A DNA stretch of 64,000 bases, from NCBI GenBank assembly GCA_017561935.1, contig JAFZBE010000041.1:26487-90486 (forward strand). The letters are read 5' to 3'. The notes under the pieces were generated by a model. The model ran no database searches. It worked only from the letters and a program-made list of their open reading frames with translations, and was not told the DNA's origin. Below are positions 9,205-19,218 of this stretch, in pieces; the first letter of the stretch is position 1; every line of letters begins with the position of its first letter. This DNA comes from Bacteroidales bacterium. GTDB lineage: Bacteria; Bacteroidota; Bacteroidia; Bacteroidales; UBA3663. Both the position numbers and the translations under genes were made by a program.

Positions 9205-9612
9205 ATGTTTTGTAAATATTGTGGCAAACAAATAGCTGATGATTCTAATTATTGTCAGCATTGCGGAGGTAAAATAAAAGGTATTGATTTACAACAATCC
9301 GAATGCAAATTGAATATCAAACCTGAACTATCAAAGGTAAATGGAAAGCATTTGTATAAATGGGGTATCATCTATTCTATTTATTTTATAATCAATTTAA
9401 TTTTGTTATTGAGTGGATACGAAGATGCTCACTCTTTTAAATATCTATGGCCTTTTGGAAACTCTTACTCAAGGTGGAATAAGCCCTTTAGCCCCACCAA
9501 TTACGATGTAACAGACTTTTTATTTTACGCGTTTTTAATTCCGACATGTATATATGGATTGATGAGATTCAGTCGTAATCATATAGAAGAGAAGAGACAA
9601 ACTGATAAATAA
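9205..9612 (+). CDS. Zinc-ribbon domain membrane protein
   Basis: MFCKYCG...YCQHCG plus two hydrophobic helices. Confidence 0.75.
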   Translation: MFCKYCGKQIADDSNYCQHCGGKIKGIDLQQSECKLNIKPELSKVNGKHLYKWGIIYSIYFIINLILLLSGYEDAHSFKYLWPFGNSYSRWNKPFSPTNYDVTDFLFYAFLIPTCIYGLMRFSRNHIEEKRQTDK

Positions 9613-9815
9613 AATGCGATTAAACCGGATATAAGTTGGGATTCCCAAAGTATAAACATACTATATTTTTGACAATAACTACCAAATTAACGCGACAACC
9701 AAGTTCTTCCAACATTGTAACATCTTGATTAGAAACAGTTCAGTCCATACTTGTCCTACTCGCTATATGTCACTTTTATATCTTTCGTTGTATTATTGAT
9801 TAATTTGCTACTATT

Positions 9816-10892
9816 ATGGAAAAGATTACAGCTGAAAACTTCATCACAGAAGAAAAGATAATCAAAGACTTTATTGACGGCGAAAAGACAAATCACAAAA
9901 AGACAAATAAAGTCTATATCTCCAGTCTTATAGATTCGTCATTGGGAGGACTTGACATACAGACCCGCAGCGATCTTAAAGCTTGTATCGAGGCACATTG
10001 TCCCAACCTTGAACTCCTGATAAACACCAGGGATGTTTGGGCACGTGACTATATGCCTATACAGTTGACAAAAGATATTTTCCTTGGATATACCTACGAT
10101 CCAGATTACCTTGTTGAGGAACATCAAAATTGCATTACTGACTGGAAACAGCATAATGTTCATACCTCAAAAGATAATTTCAAAGACCTATCAATCGTTC
10201 AAATACCATTAATCCTCGATGGTGGAAATGTGGTGAAAGCTGTCTTAGGTGGCAAACCATATATGATCATGTGTGAAAAGGTGCTGACTGAGAACAATAT
10301 CAACAGGAATAATAGAACCGAAGTTGAAAACTTCAAAAAATGGTGGGACCAATGGTGGAAAAACAATTTTGAGGGTACTGAAATGGGACTGGTTCTCCTA
10401 CCATGGGAGGGAAAGGACTTTAATCCAATAGGCCATGCTGATGGTATGATAAGATATATCGGTAACGGACATGTACTGATGACAAACTATCTGGATTTTG
10501 ACAAGAAATATAAGGATGATAAGGTTGATGAGGGCAGCTTCGGCAAGAAGTTGTGGACTGCTCTCTTTGAGGCTGGTTTTGATGTTGTGACCTTGGACTT
10601 CTGGAATGAGTTTGCCGATGATTACACATTCCAACTGCTCTTTGACGAGTCTTGGTGCTACATCAATTATTTGCAAGTAAATAATACAATACTTGTTCCC
10701 AGCCTTGGTTATCGCAAATTGGATAAAGCCGCACGAAGACAAATTAAGGCAGCATTTAAGAAAGCGAATCAGCAGGTGATTGTCCAAACAATAGATTGTA
10801 ACATGTCACCTATCGTGAAGGACATGAATGATAAAATGAATTCTGGTGGTGCCCTCAACTGTCTGACCTGGACAATACAAACTGACAATTAA
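9816..10892 (+). CDS. Agmatine/peptidylarginine deiminase family protein
   Basis: WARDYMP, LDGGN, GHADG and GGALNCLTW (catalytic Cys) motifs. Confidence 0.85.
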   Translation: MEKITAENFITEEKIIKDFIDGEKTNHKKTNKVYISSLIDSSLGGLDIQTRSDLKACIEAHCPNLELLINTRDVWARDYMPIQLTKDIFLGYTYDPDYLVEEHQNCITDWKQHNVHTSKDNFKDLSIVQIPLILDGGNVVKAVLGGKPYMIMCEKVLTENNINRNNRTEVENFKKWWDQWWKNNFEGTEMGLVLLPWEGKDFNPIGHADGMIRYIGNGHVLMTNYLDFDKKYKDDKVDEGSFGKKLWTALFEAGFDVVTLDFWNEFADDYTFQLLFDESWCYINYLQVNNTILVPSLGYRKLDKAARRQIKAAFKKANQQVIVQTIDCNMSPIVKDMNDKMNSGGALNCLTWTIQTDN

Positions 10893-10899
10893 GACATCA

Positions 10900-11226
10900 A
10901 TGCCCAACCAAGATCTACTCACCCTCTGCCACTATTATCACGGCGAGGACAAATGTCCGTTTGATAGCGAGAAGGAGCGTGTCCAGGGTTTGTTCTGGAT
11001 GTTCGAGGAGATGTTTGTGCGCCATACGCTGCATGATCCTACCTTCATGGAGGGCTATCTGAAGCGCGTCGATAATTACAAGAAGAATCATCCCGATGTC
11101 GTGAATGATCTTACTTCCGACCGATGGGCAAAAGGAACCAAGGCCATCATCATGTATAGCGAGGACATGCTGCAGAAGTGGTGTCCCAATGAGGTCGATC
11201 TGATTTTTCAATATGGAAATGTGTGA
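10900..11226 (+). CDS. Hypothetical protein
   Basis: 108-aa ORF starting 7 nt after the deiminase stop; N-terminal CHYYHGE..CPF. Confidence 0.65.
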   Translation: MPNQDLLTLCHYYHGEDKCPFDSEKERVQGLFWMFEEMFVRHTLHDPTFMEGYLKRVDNYKKNHPDVVNDLTSDRWAKGTKAIIMYSEDMLQKWCPNEVDLIFQYGNV

Positions 11227-11377
11227 GTATTGTAAAGGATGAAAAATGTTTGTTTTATCCGTAAGCATTCGGTAACCCCCGTCTCGCAAATGTCATGAAG
11301 TATTCTCCCTCATATATCAGGTTAATCTTTAAGGCAACCGATTGGAACAACCAAAATGCAAGGAAATGTATGTTATA

Positions 11378-11446
11378 TTTGGTTAAATGGCCAAAAATCG
11401 TTTGGTCATTTGGCCAAAAATCGTTTGGTCATTTGGCCAAAAATCG
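11378..11446. repeat. Three tandem 23-bp quasi-palindromic repeats
   Basis: TTTGGTCATTTGGCCAAAAATCG twice exactly, plus one variant at 11378. Confidence 0.9.
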
Positions 11447-11652
11447 AAAGTAGCATCCATTTCGAAACTGGAGGTGGCTGATGGTTTGGAAGATTAGGGA
11501 AAGATGATGGCATCGGTATAATTGTGCCACCCAAGCGGGAAACAAATGTGCCACCTTCAGTGGCCACCTCAAGGGCGTTTTTCAGGAATCATGATTGTTG
11601 TGGTGGCGTGATGCTTGGAGGCGAGTGTCTTCTTTCTCAAAACCCAGAATAA

Positions 11653-12025
11653 CCAATCTTGGCCGAAAAAGGTCATGCTTTGATTGGAACAAGCATTATC
11701 TCGGCCGTCAGAGTGCTCCATCCAATAGTTCCATACCCAATCTTGGCCAAAAAAGGTCATGCTGCAATCGAAGGATAACCAATCTTGGCCGAGATTGGTC
11801 ATGCAGAGATCAAAGAATACCCAATCTTGGCTGAAAATGGTCATGCTGCAATCGAAGAATACCCAGTCTTGGCCAAGGTTGGTCATACTTCGATTGGAAC
11901 AAGCACTATCTCGGCCGTCAGAGTGCCCCATCCAAGTGACGCATACCCAATCTTGGCCAAAAAAGGTCATACTTGAATCGAAGAATGACCAATCCTGGCC
12001 AAAAATGGTCATGCTCTAATCGGAG
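11653..12025. repeat. 42-bp-period palindromic repeat array (7 cores)
   Basis: CCAATCTTGGCC-N6-GGTCAT cores start at 11653, 11737, 11779, 11821, 11863, 11947 and 11989. Confidence 0.9.
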
Positions 12026-12108
12026 CAGGTATTCACACGACCAAAATGGTTCTTTAACGCGAATTACCGCGAATTGACATTAATTTTTTTAGAAGATAAT
12101 TTGAGTGA

Positions 12109-12318
12109 GTGGAGGCTGTAGCGAGGAGGGATGAGGAATCGGATATGTATAACGGGACATTCTACCAGCTGCAGACCCGCGCTGAGGGTTGGGACACACA
12201 AGAGCGTGGCGTTCAGGTTTTCAAGCAATTTGACGGCGAGCTATACCGGGTGAACAGCTGTCCTGCCACCTATACCTCCTGCAAGCCCATCCGTGGTACA
12301 TGGCCAGGTCTTGAGTAA
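12109..12318 (+). pseudogene. Short ORF, probably the 3' remnant of an unknown gene
   Basis: 69-aa GTG-start ORF with protein-like composition, convergent with the lipoprotein gene; in-frame stop directly upstream. Confidence 0.3.
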
Positions 12319-12329
12319 TTGATAAATTA

Positions 12330-13244
12330 TCATTCACGATTGGGATTCCACTCCCTCACGTGCTTGGTCAGGAGCTTGAGGAGCCTGACCTTGTGTGCGG
12401 TGGCATCGAGCATCCATTCTTCGAATTTGTCATCATCCATGACAGATACTTTTCTCCCTGCATTTAGGTCTTCGATCAATGGCTTTGATCGAAAATCGAA
12501 GTGCAGGGCTGCATTATCTATCACAACCATATTCGAATTGTATTTCTCCTTTGACCCTGCAAAGAGCTTCAGCAATGGACAAATCATCTGGAAATATGAG
12601 GTGGATTCCATGATGGCCGAAATCTTATAGATGTCCTTGTCGGAATAGTCCTCGATCCGAGAGAGGCTATCGACAACACTGAGCGCATACATCGAGTAAT
12701 TGATTTCCTTGTCCATCTCCAGATCATTGTTGATGCGGGTGAGAGTGGTGAATAGCTGCATGTTCTGTATGGACAGGATGTTGAAGAGGGACAGCAATGT
12801 CACGTTCTGAAACTTCGTTTCCCTCAACCTTGTGTAGATTGAATCGCAGTGAGGGATGATGCGAAGTGCATAATCGGCCACATCGGGGTCCTTGGCTTTT
12901 GCCATAGTTGCGGTACGATATGCCATTCCGTATCCGAGGTAGTTCTGCATCTGGCTGATGGTGGCATATTTTTTCGTGAATAGGGAATGACTCATTTTTA
13001 CTGTTTTTGCCATTGCATGAACGGTGTCGGCTACCCACAGTGCTTCGGTGTCTTGCCCGAATATTGGCATAATTGAGGCAAACTCGTCGAGAGCAGCAGC
13101 ATAGTCGTTCACGATGCTTTCCTCTGCGTCTTGCGATAGCGGCACCCAGGGCGTGGATGGTCGCTTGCCTTCGTCCTTTACATCGAAGCAGCTACACAAC
13201 AAACTGCATATAAGACAGATGAACACTAATGATTTAGCTTTCAT
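12330..13244 (-). CDS. Hypothetical helical lipoprotein
   Basis: MKAKSLVFICLICSLLCSC lipobox; alternative start at 13268. Confidence 0.75.
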   Translation of the reverse strand: MKAKSLVFICLICSLLCSCFDVKDEGKRPSTPWVPLSQDAEESIVNDYAAALDEFASIMPIFGQDTEALWVADTVHAMAKTVKMSHSLFTKKYATISQMQNYLGYGMAYRTATMAKAKDPDVADYALRIIPHCDSIYTRLRETKFQNVTLLSLFNILSIQNMQLFTTLTRINNDLEMDKEINYSMYALSVVDSLSRIEDYSDKDIYKISAIMESTSYFQMICPLLKLFAGSKEKYNSNMVVIDNAALHFDFRSKPLIEDLNAGRKVSVMDDDKFEEWMLDATAHKVRLLKLLTKHVREWNPNRE

Positions 13245-13382
13245 ATTTCTGTTTTTGTTATTGTTCATAGATCTTTCGTTTTGCTCTATTTGTCTAAACC
13301 AAGTGCAAAGATATAGAGTTTTCAATAATTCACCAAATCTTTTGAGAAAAATTTTTGTATTATTGGAGGAAATAGAGTACTC

Positions 13383-13438
13383 TGACGGCCGACATTGTGC
13401 TTGTTACGATTGACGGCCGACATGATGCTTGCTACGGT
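13383..13438. repeat. 28-bp imperfect tandem duplication at the island's right edge
   Basis: TGACGGCCGACATTGTGCTTGTTACGAT / TGACGGCCGACATGATGCTTGCTACGGT. Confidence 0.8.
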
Positions 13439-13459
13439 TTTCAATAGGGGATTTCTGTT

Positions 13460-15961
13460 CTACAACGAGGTGATGGCGCGACTGAGCTGTTCACCCAGGC
13501 CGATGGTGTAGCCTTCGGAGAGGAAGACGATGCGGTTGAAGGTGTCGGCGATGATGAAGATGGGCGGAGTGCCTTTCAGGTGCATCTCGGTGCATAGCTC
13601 GCTGAGGATCTTTCCGTCGATATCGGTGCCAATAACTGTTTTGTTGGGGAGGAGGGGATAATCAGCGAGATTGAATCTGTTGGCCTCCTGTTCGTTGCGG
13701 AAGAGGAGGATGAGGGTGCCACCCCATTTGTCGAAAGCTTCCTTGTATTGTGCGATGTCGCGCAGCGCGTGATTGGTCGGCTCGTTGCTTGGTGCGATGA
13801 TACCGAGTATGTAATAGCCGCGTCCTGTAGTAGAAAGTAGGGTTTTGATACCTCGCTCACGGTCGTTATAGAGATTCTCACTATTGAAGTTGCCGATGAC
13901 TTGCAGTCCCGTTTCGGCTTGACGGAGTGCGAGGGGAAGTCGAGTGGTTTGCCCCTGTTCGATAGGAGCCACTTCGACATGAGCGAGTACGGAACCATTG
14001 GCCATGCGTGTGCCTGTAATGAGGAGGTAGTCTCCGCAGTCGAGTTGCTGCATTTTGCGGCCACCAAAGAGCGTTTGGAAGGTATCGTCCTCTCCATAGT
14101 TGAGTAGGGAGGCTATGCCATCCTTGATTTGAGAAAGTGTGAAATGGATGTAATACTTGGGGTTGAGCTGGTATTTTGTGGGTTGCCATTGGAGCGCCAG
14201 GTTGCCTTTGGATGAGGCTTCGGATTGGGATTGGTGGAACGTCACATCTTTCCAGTCATGATTGTCGATCGAGGCCATCTGCACCTTGTGTGTTACTGGG
14301 TCGATGCGTGCAGGGATCTTGCAACTGCGTGCCAGGGCAACGAAGAGGATTTCGCGCGATACTGCATCGCAGCATTTGTATATCCAGGCTCCGACAGGAC
14401 TCATGCGCAGGTTCTGCGGGTTGCGGAGGGTGTCGAGCTGGATGTTCTGATTCATCCAGGCGACGAGTTCCGACGGATTGTCCCGCCAAGCAGCTTGCAG
14501 TTCTACGGGTATCTTATGGGCGAAGAATGCCTTGTAGGGACGGAGCCCTTCGTTGGCGACGCGCGGATTGAGGACATATTGGACGTAGAAGCCATCGATG
14601 ACTTCTTGATTAACTGCGTCCAGACCGAAGAAGGCATCGTGGAGCACATCGGGGGTGATGTCGCGAAGGTCCTTGTCGGAAAGTGCAGTGAGCAGTTGGC
14701 GGCGCAATGTGACAGGAATGACTTGTCCCGCAATATCGGGTGCTTCAAGGAATTGACGTATCACTTCATGGTTGCCGCGAGAGGCGAGGATGAGCGGGTC
14801 GTCGGTGGTTGGGAAGGTAGCGATGTAGGCATTGCGGAGTGAATCCTCGTAAGCGAGGCGAAGGGCGTTGAACTCTCGTTGCTCGGCTGTAACTTCGGGT
14901 AACGTGTTTCGTTCGACAGGAGGCACAATTTCGATATCGAGACTGTATCGTTCGCCAGAATGATGACTGAGTGCCAATCGAAGCGTATCGGTGTCACCGA
15001 TGTGTATCTTGTCGAAGCCGTAGGCTCCATCCTTGCAGGCCCAGCAGATGAGATCGCCTAGACCTGCCTGCATAGAGGTTATGCCGTTGTGGTCGGTATG
15101 ATGACGGGCGACGGTATAGAACTCGGCATAGTTGTAGATCTTGAATTCCACCGTGGCATCGGCTACGGGATGGCCCTTGGTGTCGAGCACCTGTACGTAA
15201 CTGCGTGCTACGGGTGCATAGCCGTTGGTGACATCGATTTCAGTGAAACAGGGGTTGCGCTGCATGACTTCTTCAGGACCGTCGTATTGGCCGAAGACCT
15301 TGGTGTGCATCAGCATCGCGCGGGAGGCTGGGGCATTGAACCAACCGAGGTCGAGGACGGGTTCGGGTTCGCAGGCTCCGAGGAAGTGCCAACGTCCATC
15401 GGCCCATGCTTCGACCCAGGCATGGTTGTCGTCGGTATGTGCCCAGCGTGGCGTATATACCTGGCGTGCGGGGATGCCGACGCTGCGCAGGGCGGCTACG
15501 AGGAAGGTTGATTCCTCACCGCAGCGACCGTAAGCCGTGCGGATGGTGGCCAAAGGCGACGAGGTGCGTTCGTCGGTAGGCTGGTAGGTGACGCGCTCGT
15601 GGCACCAATGGTTCACTTCGAGGATGGCATCAGCCATCGAGAGGTCTTTGACGCGTTCTTTTAGTTGATCGTAGAAAACCATGCGACTGCTGTCGAGATT
15701 CTCGTTGTTGACGCGCACGGGGAGGACGAAGTGTCGCCATTCGCGTTCGGGGATGGTCTTGCCCCACGGCATCTCGCGGCGGGCTTGGAGGGAACAGTCG
15801 ATGTTCCGAAGCCAGAAGTCGCGGCTGTAATCGACACTGTCGGGCAAGGGCATGGCGGCATAGAGGAAGTCGAGGGCTTCGTCGCGGGTGGTCTGATGGG
15901 GAATGGTACTGCAGGCAGAAAGGGCCAGCAGGGCGGTGGCTATGAGGAGGTGGGTTTTCAT
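13460..15961 (-). CDS. Transglutaminase-like domain lipoprotein
   Basis: Lipobox ALSAC; GRCGEES, HTDDNHAWVEAWADG and LGACEPEP motifs; ATG overlaps the cutC stop (ATGA). Confidence 0.9.
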   Translation of the reverse strand: MKTHLLIATALLALSACSTIPHQTTRDEALDFLYAAMPLPDSVDYSRDFWLRNIDCSLQARREMPWGKTIPEREWRHFVLPVRVNNENLDSSRMVFYDQLKERVKDLSMADAILEVNHWCHERVTYQPTDERTSSPLATIRTAYGRCGEESTFLVAALRSVGIPARQVYTPRWAHTDDNHAWVEAWADGRWHFLGACEPEPVLDLGWFNAPASRAMLMHTKVFGQYDGPEEVMQRNPCFTEIDVTNGYAPVARSYVQVLDTKGHPVADATVEFKIYNYAEFYTVARHHTDHNGITSMQAGLGDLICWACKDGAYGFDKIHIGDTDTLRLALSHHSGERYSLDIEIVPPVERNTLPEVTAEQREFNALRLAYEDSLRNAYIATFPTTDDPLILASRGNHEVIRQFLEAPDIAGQVIPVTLRRQLLTALSDKDLRDITPDVLHDAFFGLDAVNQEVIDGFYVQYVLNPRVANEGLRPYKAFFAHKIPVELQAAWRDNPSELVAWMNQNIQLDTLRNPQNLRMSPVGAWIYKCCDAVSREILFVALARSCKIPARIDPVTHKVQMASIDNHDWKDVTFHQSQSEASSKGNLALQWQPTKYQLNPKYYIHFTLSQIKDGIASLLNYGEDDTFQTLFGGRKMQQLDCGDYLLITGTRMANGSVLAHVEVAPIEQGQTTRLPLALRQAETGLQVIGNFNSENLYNDRERGIKTLLSTTGRGYYILGIIAPSNEPTNHALRDIAQYKEAFDKWGGTLILLFRNEQEANRFNLADYPLLPNKTVIGTDIDGKILSELCTEMHLKGTPPIFIIADTFNRIVFLSEGYTIGLGEQLSRAITSL

Positions 15962-16626
15962 TGGGTGATGGAGACAACTTGGCGAACCAGATGGGGATCG
16001 GTGTAGGAAGAGTGCGACAAACGGAAGGAGCCGTGGATCTCGGTGGCACCGGTCGCGTCGAGGATGAGGCGGGCATTGGCGGGAGTGACGCCGGCACCGG
16101 GCATGATGATGATACGGCCGTTGGCCTGGTGGACAAGTTCGCGCAACAGCGGGATGCCCGCTTGGGCTGTGGGAGCTTGTCCCGAAGTGAGGAGGCGAGT
16201 GCAGCCGAGGGCGATGATTTCTTCGAGGGCCAGATGCGGATCGGTGCATCGGTCGAAGGCACGGTGAAAGGTCACTTGCATACCCTCGGCGGCTTCGATC
16301 AAGCGACTACAAGTCGGGACGTCGATGTTTCCATCGGGGGTCAATGCGCCAATCACCACACCATCGGCACCATATTGTTTGGCAAGGCTGATGTCGTGGA
16401 GCATGATTTCGGTTTCGGTGGCATCATAGACAAAATCCCCTTCACGTGGACGGATGAGGACGTGGAGTTTGATGCCCTCCAGACTGCGCGCTAACTTGAT
16501 GAGTCCTGCGGAGGGAGTGAGCCCATCGAGGGGAAGGGCCGAACATAATTCGATGCGTTGGGCACCTCCCAACACAGCAGCTTGGGCGCTCTGGATGTCG
16601 CCCGCACAGATTTCAACTATTCTCAT
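15958..16626 (-). CDS. cutC: Copper homeostasis protein CutC
   Basis: RIELCSAL..GLTPS, LIRPREGDF, TFHRAFD and LLTSG motifs. Confidence 0.95.
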   Translation of the reverse strand: MRIVEICAGDIQSAQAAVLGGAQRIELCSALPLDGLTPSAGLIKLARSLEGIKLHVLIRPREGDFVYDATETEIMLHDISLAKQYGADGVVIGALTPDGNIDVPTCSRLIEAAEGMQVTFHRAFDRCTDPHLALEEIIALGCTRLLTSGQAPTAQAGIPLLRELVHQANGRIIIMPGAGVTPANARLILDATGATEIHGSFRLSHSSYTDPHLVRQVVSITQ

Positions 16627-16749
16627 GCGGCAAAGATACACTTTTCTTGAGGCATCTCCAAATATTTGCTCTCTTTTTTTGCACAACATTTGGATATATT
16701 GGGAAAAACACTTATTTTTGCAGCGAACATTTCGATAGAATAACATCTT

Positions 16750-18396
16750 ATGAAAACCACAGCTTTCTTAATCGTTGGTGTCATGTCATCGATGATGGCA
16801 TACGACGCAATCGCCGATGAGGGTACACAGCGCGACGACACGTTGACCGTTGTGGCATCACAGTTCACGGCGGGTGACAACATGAGTGTATGCGACCCCG
16901 CTGGAAACAGAATCACATTTCAGTTGAAAGAGCGCGCATTCGTGCCGCAAACGCAGCAGCATGTGCGTCAGGACAATGCCTTGGCTTTGTTAGGTCCGAG
17001 CCTCGACAAACCTTATTATCAGATTCGCATGGCCTTACCTGTCCCTTCGGCCTATACACCTACAGAACAGGGCGCGTTGGTGGGGTTGGATGAAGGTGTG
17101 TATCATCACATGCATTCAGCAGCGCTTGAAGCGTTGCCTAACGGTGACCTGTTGGCTATCTATTTCAGCACTCCAATGGGAAAGGCTGAGGCCGACACTT
17201 CGACGACTTTCGTGCAATGTCGAAGAAGGGCGGGCAATAACTATTGGGATATGCCTGAGCTCCTTTTCGACACGAAGGGTGGTAATGACCAGTCGGCCCT
17301 GCTCTATCGTGACGGCCAACGCATCTGGTTCTTTGGCGGTGGACGAGGAATGACCGATATGGTGCCGTTCCGCGTGTGCTACAGCGATGACAATGGAGCC
17401 ACGTGGACATATAATGTACCCCGATTAGACAAACCTGCCGAGGACTACACGGCCCAGCCCATCAGTAATGCCTTCCGCGATCCGGAGGGCAACCTCTATA
17501 TCGCTATGGATGCAAAGGGTTCGCAGAGCTTCCTATGGCGCAGCAGCGACAATGGGGTGACCTGGCACGACATGGGTGGACGTACCGACAGCCGTCATTC
17601 AAGCATCGTGCCGCTCGACGAACTTGGGACTTTGCTGAGCATCGGCGGCAAGAACAACGACGTCGAGGGTTGGAACCCGCAGAACATCTCGCGCGACTGG
17701 GGTGCCACATGGGAGAAGGCCACGCCGGGAGTGATACCTCCACTGGGCACAGCGCAACGACCGAACATGATTCGCCTGCTGAGCGGCGACCTGCTGGTGG
17801 TGACCGATTCGTATATGCACAAGAAGAAGATTGCGCCACCTGCAGGCTGGAAACAGGGCAACGAGTGCGTGGCAGGTGTTTCGAAGGACAATGGCAAGAC
17901 GTGGACCTTCAAAATATTGCCGGGCACCTTGCCGCAGCATCATCGCGTGGAACATCCCTCGTTGGGATACGTCACCGTGCGCCAGTCGGACAATGGGATG
18001 ATACATGTGCTTACCACAACCAATTACCCAGGGTTGGAGATTGAGTTCAACGAGGCATGGTTCTGGAGCGCAGAGGGAGACTTGACATCCGACACGTTCA
18101 GACCTGAAAATTTCGGAGAAGGGTGGACGGTGGATCCCGCTACGCATACAGCCGTGTGGACACAGTATTGGCCGAATGGACAGAAGCGTGTGGAGAGCAC
18201 ATGGAACATCTGGGCCACGCCACGTGACGGACATCGCCCCTTGTGCGGACGCATCGCAGAAGGCCCTGCCCGTCATTATGACGAACAGGGCCAGCTGGTG
18301 GGCGAATATATGTTCCACAATGGAGTGCTGGTGGGACAGCCAAATCCAGCTGCCGAAGGGAGCACCGAAGGTGGAATCAAAAACGAGGGACTATAG
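16750..18396 (+). CDS. BNR/Asp-box beta-propeller (exo-alpha-sialidase-like) exported protein
   Basis: Asp boxes [24 protein letters not shown] and SKDNGKTW. Confidence 0.8.
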   Translation: MKTTAFLIVGVMSSMMAYDAIADEGTQRDDTLTVVASQFTAGDNMSVCDPAGNRITFQLKERAFVPQTQQHVRQDNALALLGPSLDKPYYQIRMALPVPSAYTPTEQGALVGLDEGVYHHMHSAALEALPNGDLLAIYFSTPMGKAEADTSTTFVQCRRRAGNNYWDMPELLFDTKGGNDQSALLYRDGQRIWFFGGGRGMTDMVPFRVCYSDDNGATWTYNVPRLDKPAEDYTAQPISNAFRDPEGNLYIAMDAKGSQSFLWRSSDNGVTWHDMGGRTDSRHSSIVPLDELGTLLSIGGKNNDVEGWNPQNISRDWGATWEKATPGVIPPLGTAQRPNMIRLLSGDLLVVTDSYMHKKKIAPPAGWKQGNECVAGVSKDNGKTWTFKILPGTLPQHHRVEHPSLGYVTVRQSDNGMIHVLTTTNYPGLEIEFNEAWFWSAEGDLTSDTFRPENFGEGWTVDPATHTAVWTQYWPNGQKRVESTWNIWATPRDGHRPLCGRIAEGPARHYDEQGQLVGEYMFHNGVLVGQPNPAAEGSTEGGIKNEGL

Positions 18397-19206
18397 GCCG
18401 CGGGCAGCCCAGATGAGTTCTTTGGCGGCGTTTATTTCCTTGAACTTCTTTTCGGCAGCGGCCTTGACGTCGTCGCCGAGTGTAGCTACCTTGTCGGGGT
18501 GATACTGTAAGGCCATCTGGCGATAGGCCTTCTTCACTTCGTCGTCGGTGGCTGTGGGTGCTACGCCCAATACCTTGTAGGCATCTTCGAGCTTGTTTGA
18601 ACCGAGGTGGAGGAGTTTGTCCACCTCGTCGGTGCTGATCCCGAGCCATCGGGCGATGTCGCGGATGCGATCGACCTCGACTTGGGCCACCGTGCCGTCG
18701 GCCTTGGCGATCTCGCAGAGGAAGGCAATCAGTTGCAGCCGTTCTTCGACCGACATGGCCCCTGCCATCTGATTACAGCATTGGAGTATCTGCTGGTTCC
18801 ACATCGTCGTGCCTATCGACTTGTGTTTTTCAAATAGTCGGAGCAGGATCTCGTTGCCCTGTGTTTCAGCGGCAGTTCCGAAGTTGTTGCGCAGGGTGCG
18901 ACGCACGTATTCCATCTCGGAATGCATGATCTTCTGGTCGGCCATGATGATGTGCGACGACAGAAGGAGCAGCGAGAAGAGGTAGCTGTTGCGTTCGCCT
19001 TCCTGCTGCGTGCCACGCTGCGTGTAGGTGGTTCGGTAAGTGCGGTTGCTGCTTGTGCGACCTTGTTCGAATTCCTTTGTTGTGAGATCGGTGCGGTTGC
19101 TGATAAGGTCGTCAAAGACGTAGCCAAGTGCGTATCCGGCGATGGCTCCAAAGGGGCCTCCAGAGAGCAAGCCGAGGAAGGCGCCTATCCATTTTGCGAA
19201 TGCCAT
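18391..19206 (-). CDS. DjlA-like co-chaperone (TerB-like domain plus C-terminal J domain)
   Basis: N-terminal Gly-rich TM segment, IAKADG, and C-terminal YHPDK. Confidence 0.88.
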   Translation of the reverse strand: MAFAKWIGAFLGLLSGGPFGAIAGYALGYVFDDLISNRTDLTTKEFEQGRTSSNRTYRTTYTQRGTQQEGERNSYLFSLLLLSSHIIMADQKIMHSEMEYVRRTLRNNFGTAAETQGNEILLRLFEKHKSIGTTMWNQQILQCCNQMAGAMSVEERLQLIAFLCEIAKADGTVAQVEVDRIRDIARWLGISTDEVDKLLHLGSNKLEDAYKVLGVAPTATDDEVKKAYRQMALQYHPDKVATLGDDVKAAAEKKFKEINAAKELIWAARGL

Positions 19207-19218
19207 GGGGGAATCTTT

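Noticed and set aside
11653-12025. CRISPR array
   Set aside because: Spacers are about 16 or 58 bp and homologous to each other, the repeats vary internally, and there are no cas genes in the window.
15962-16249. N-terminal extension of the transglutaminase ORF; likewise 52700-52978 for the third CotH gene
   Set aside because: Each overlaps a real upstream gene, and signal peptides indicate the downstream starts.
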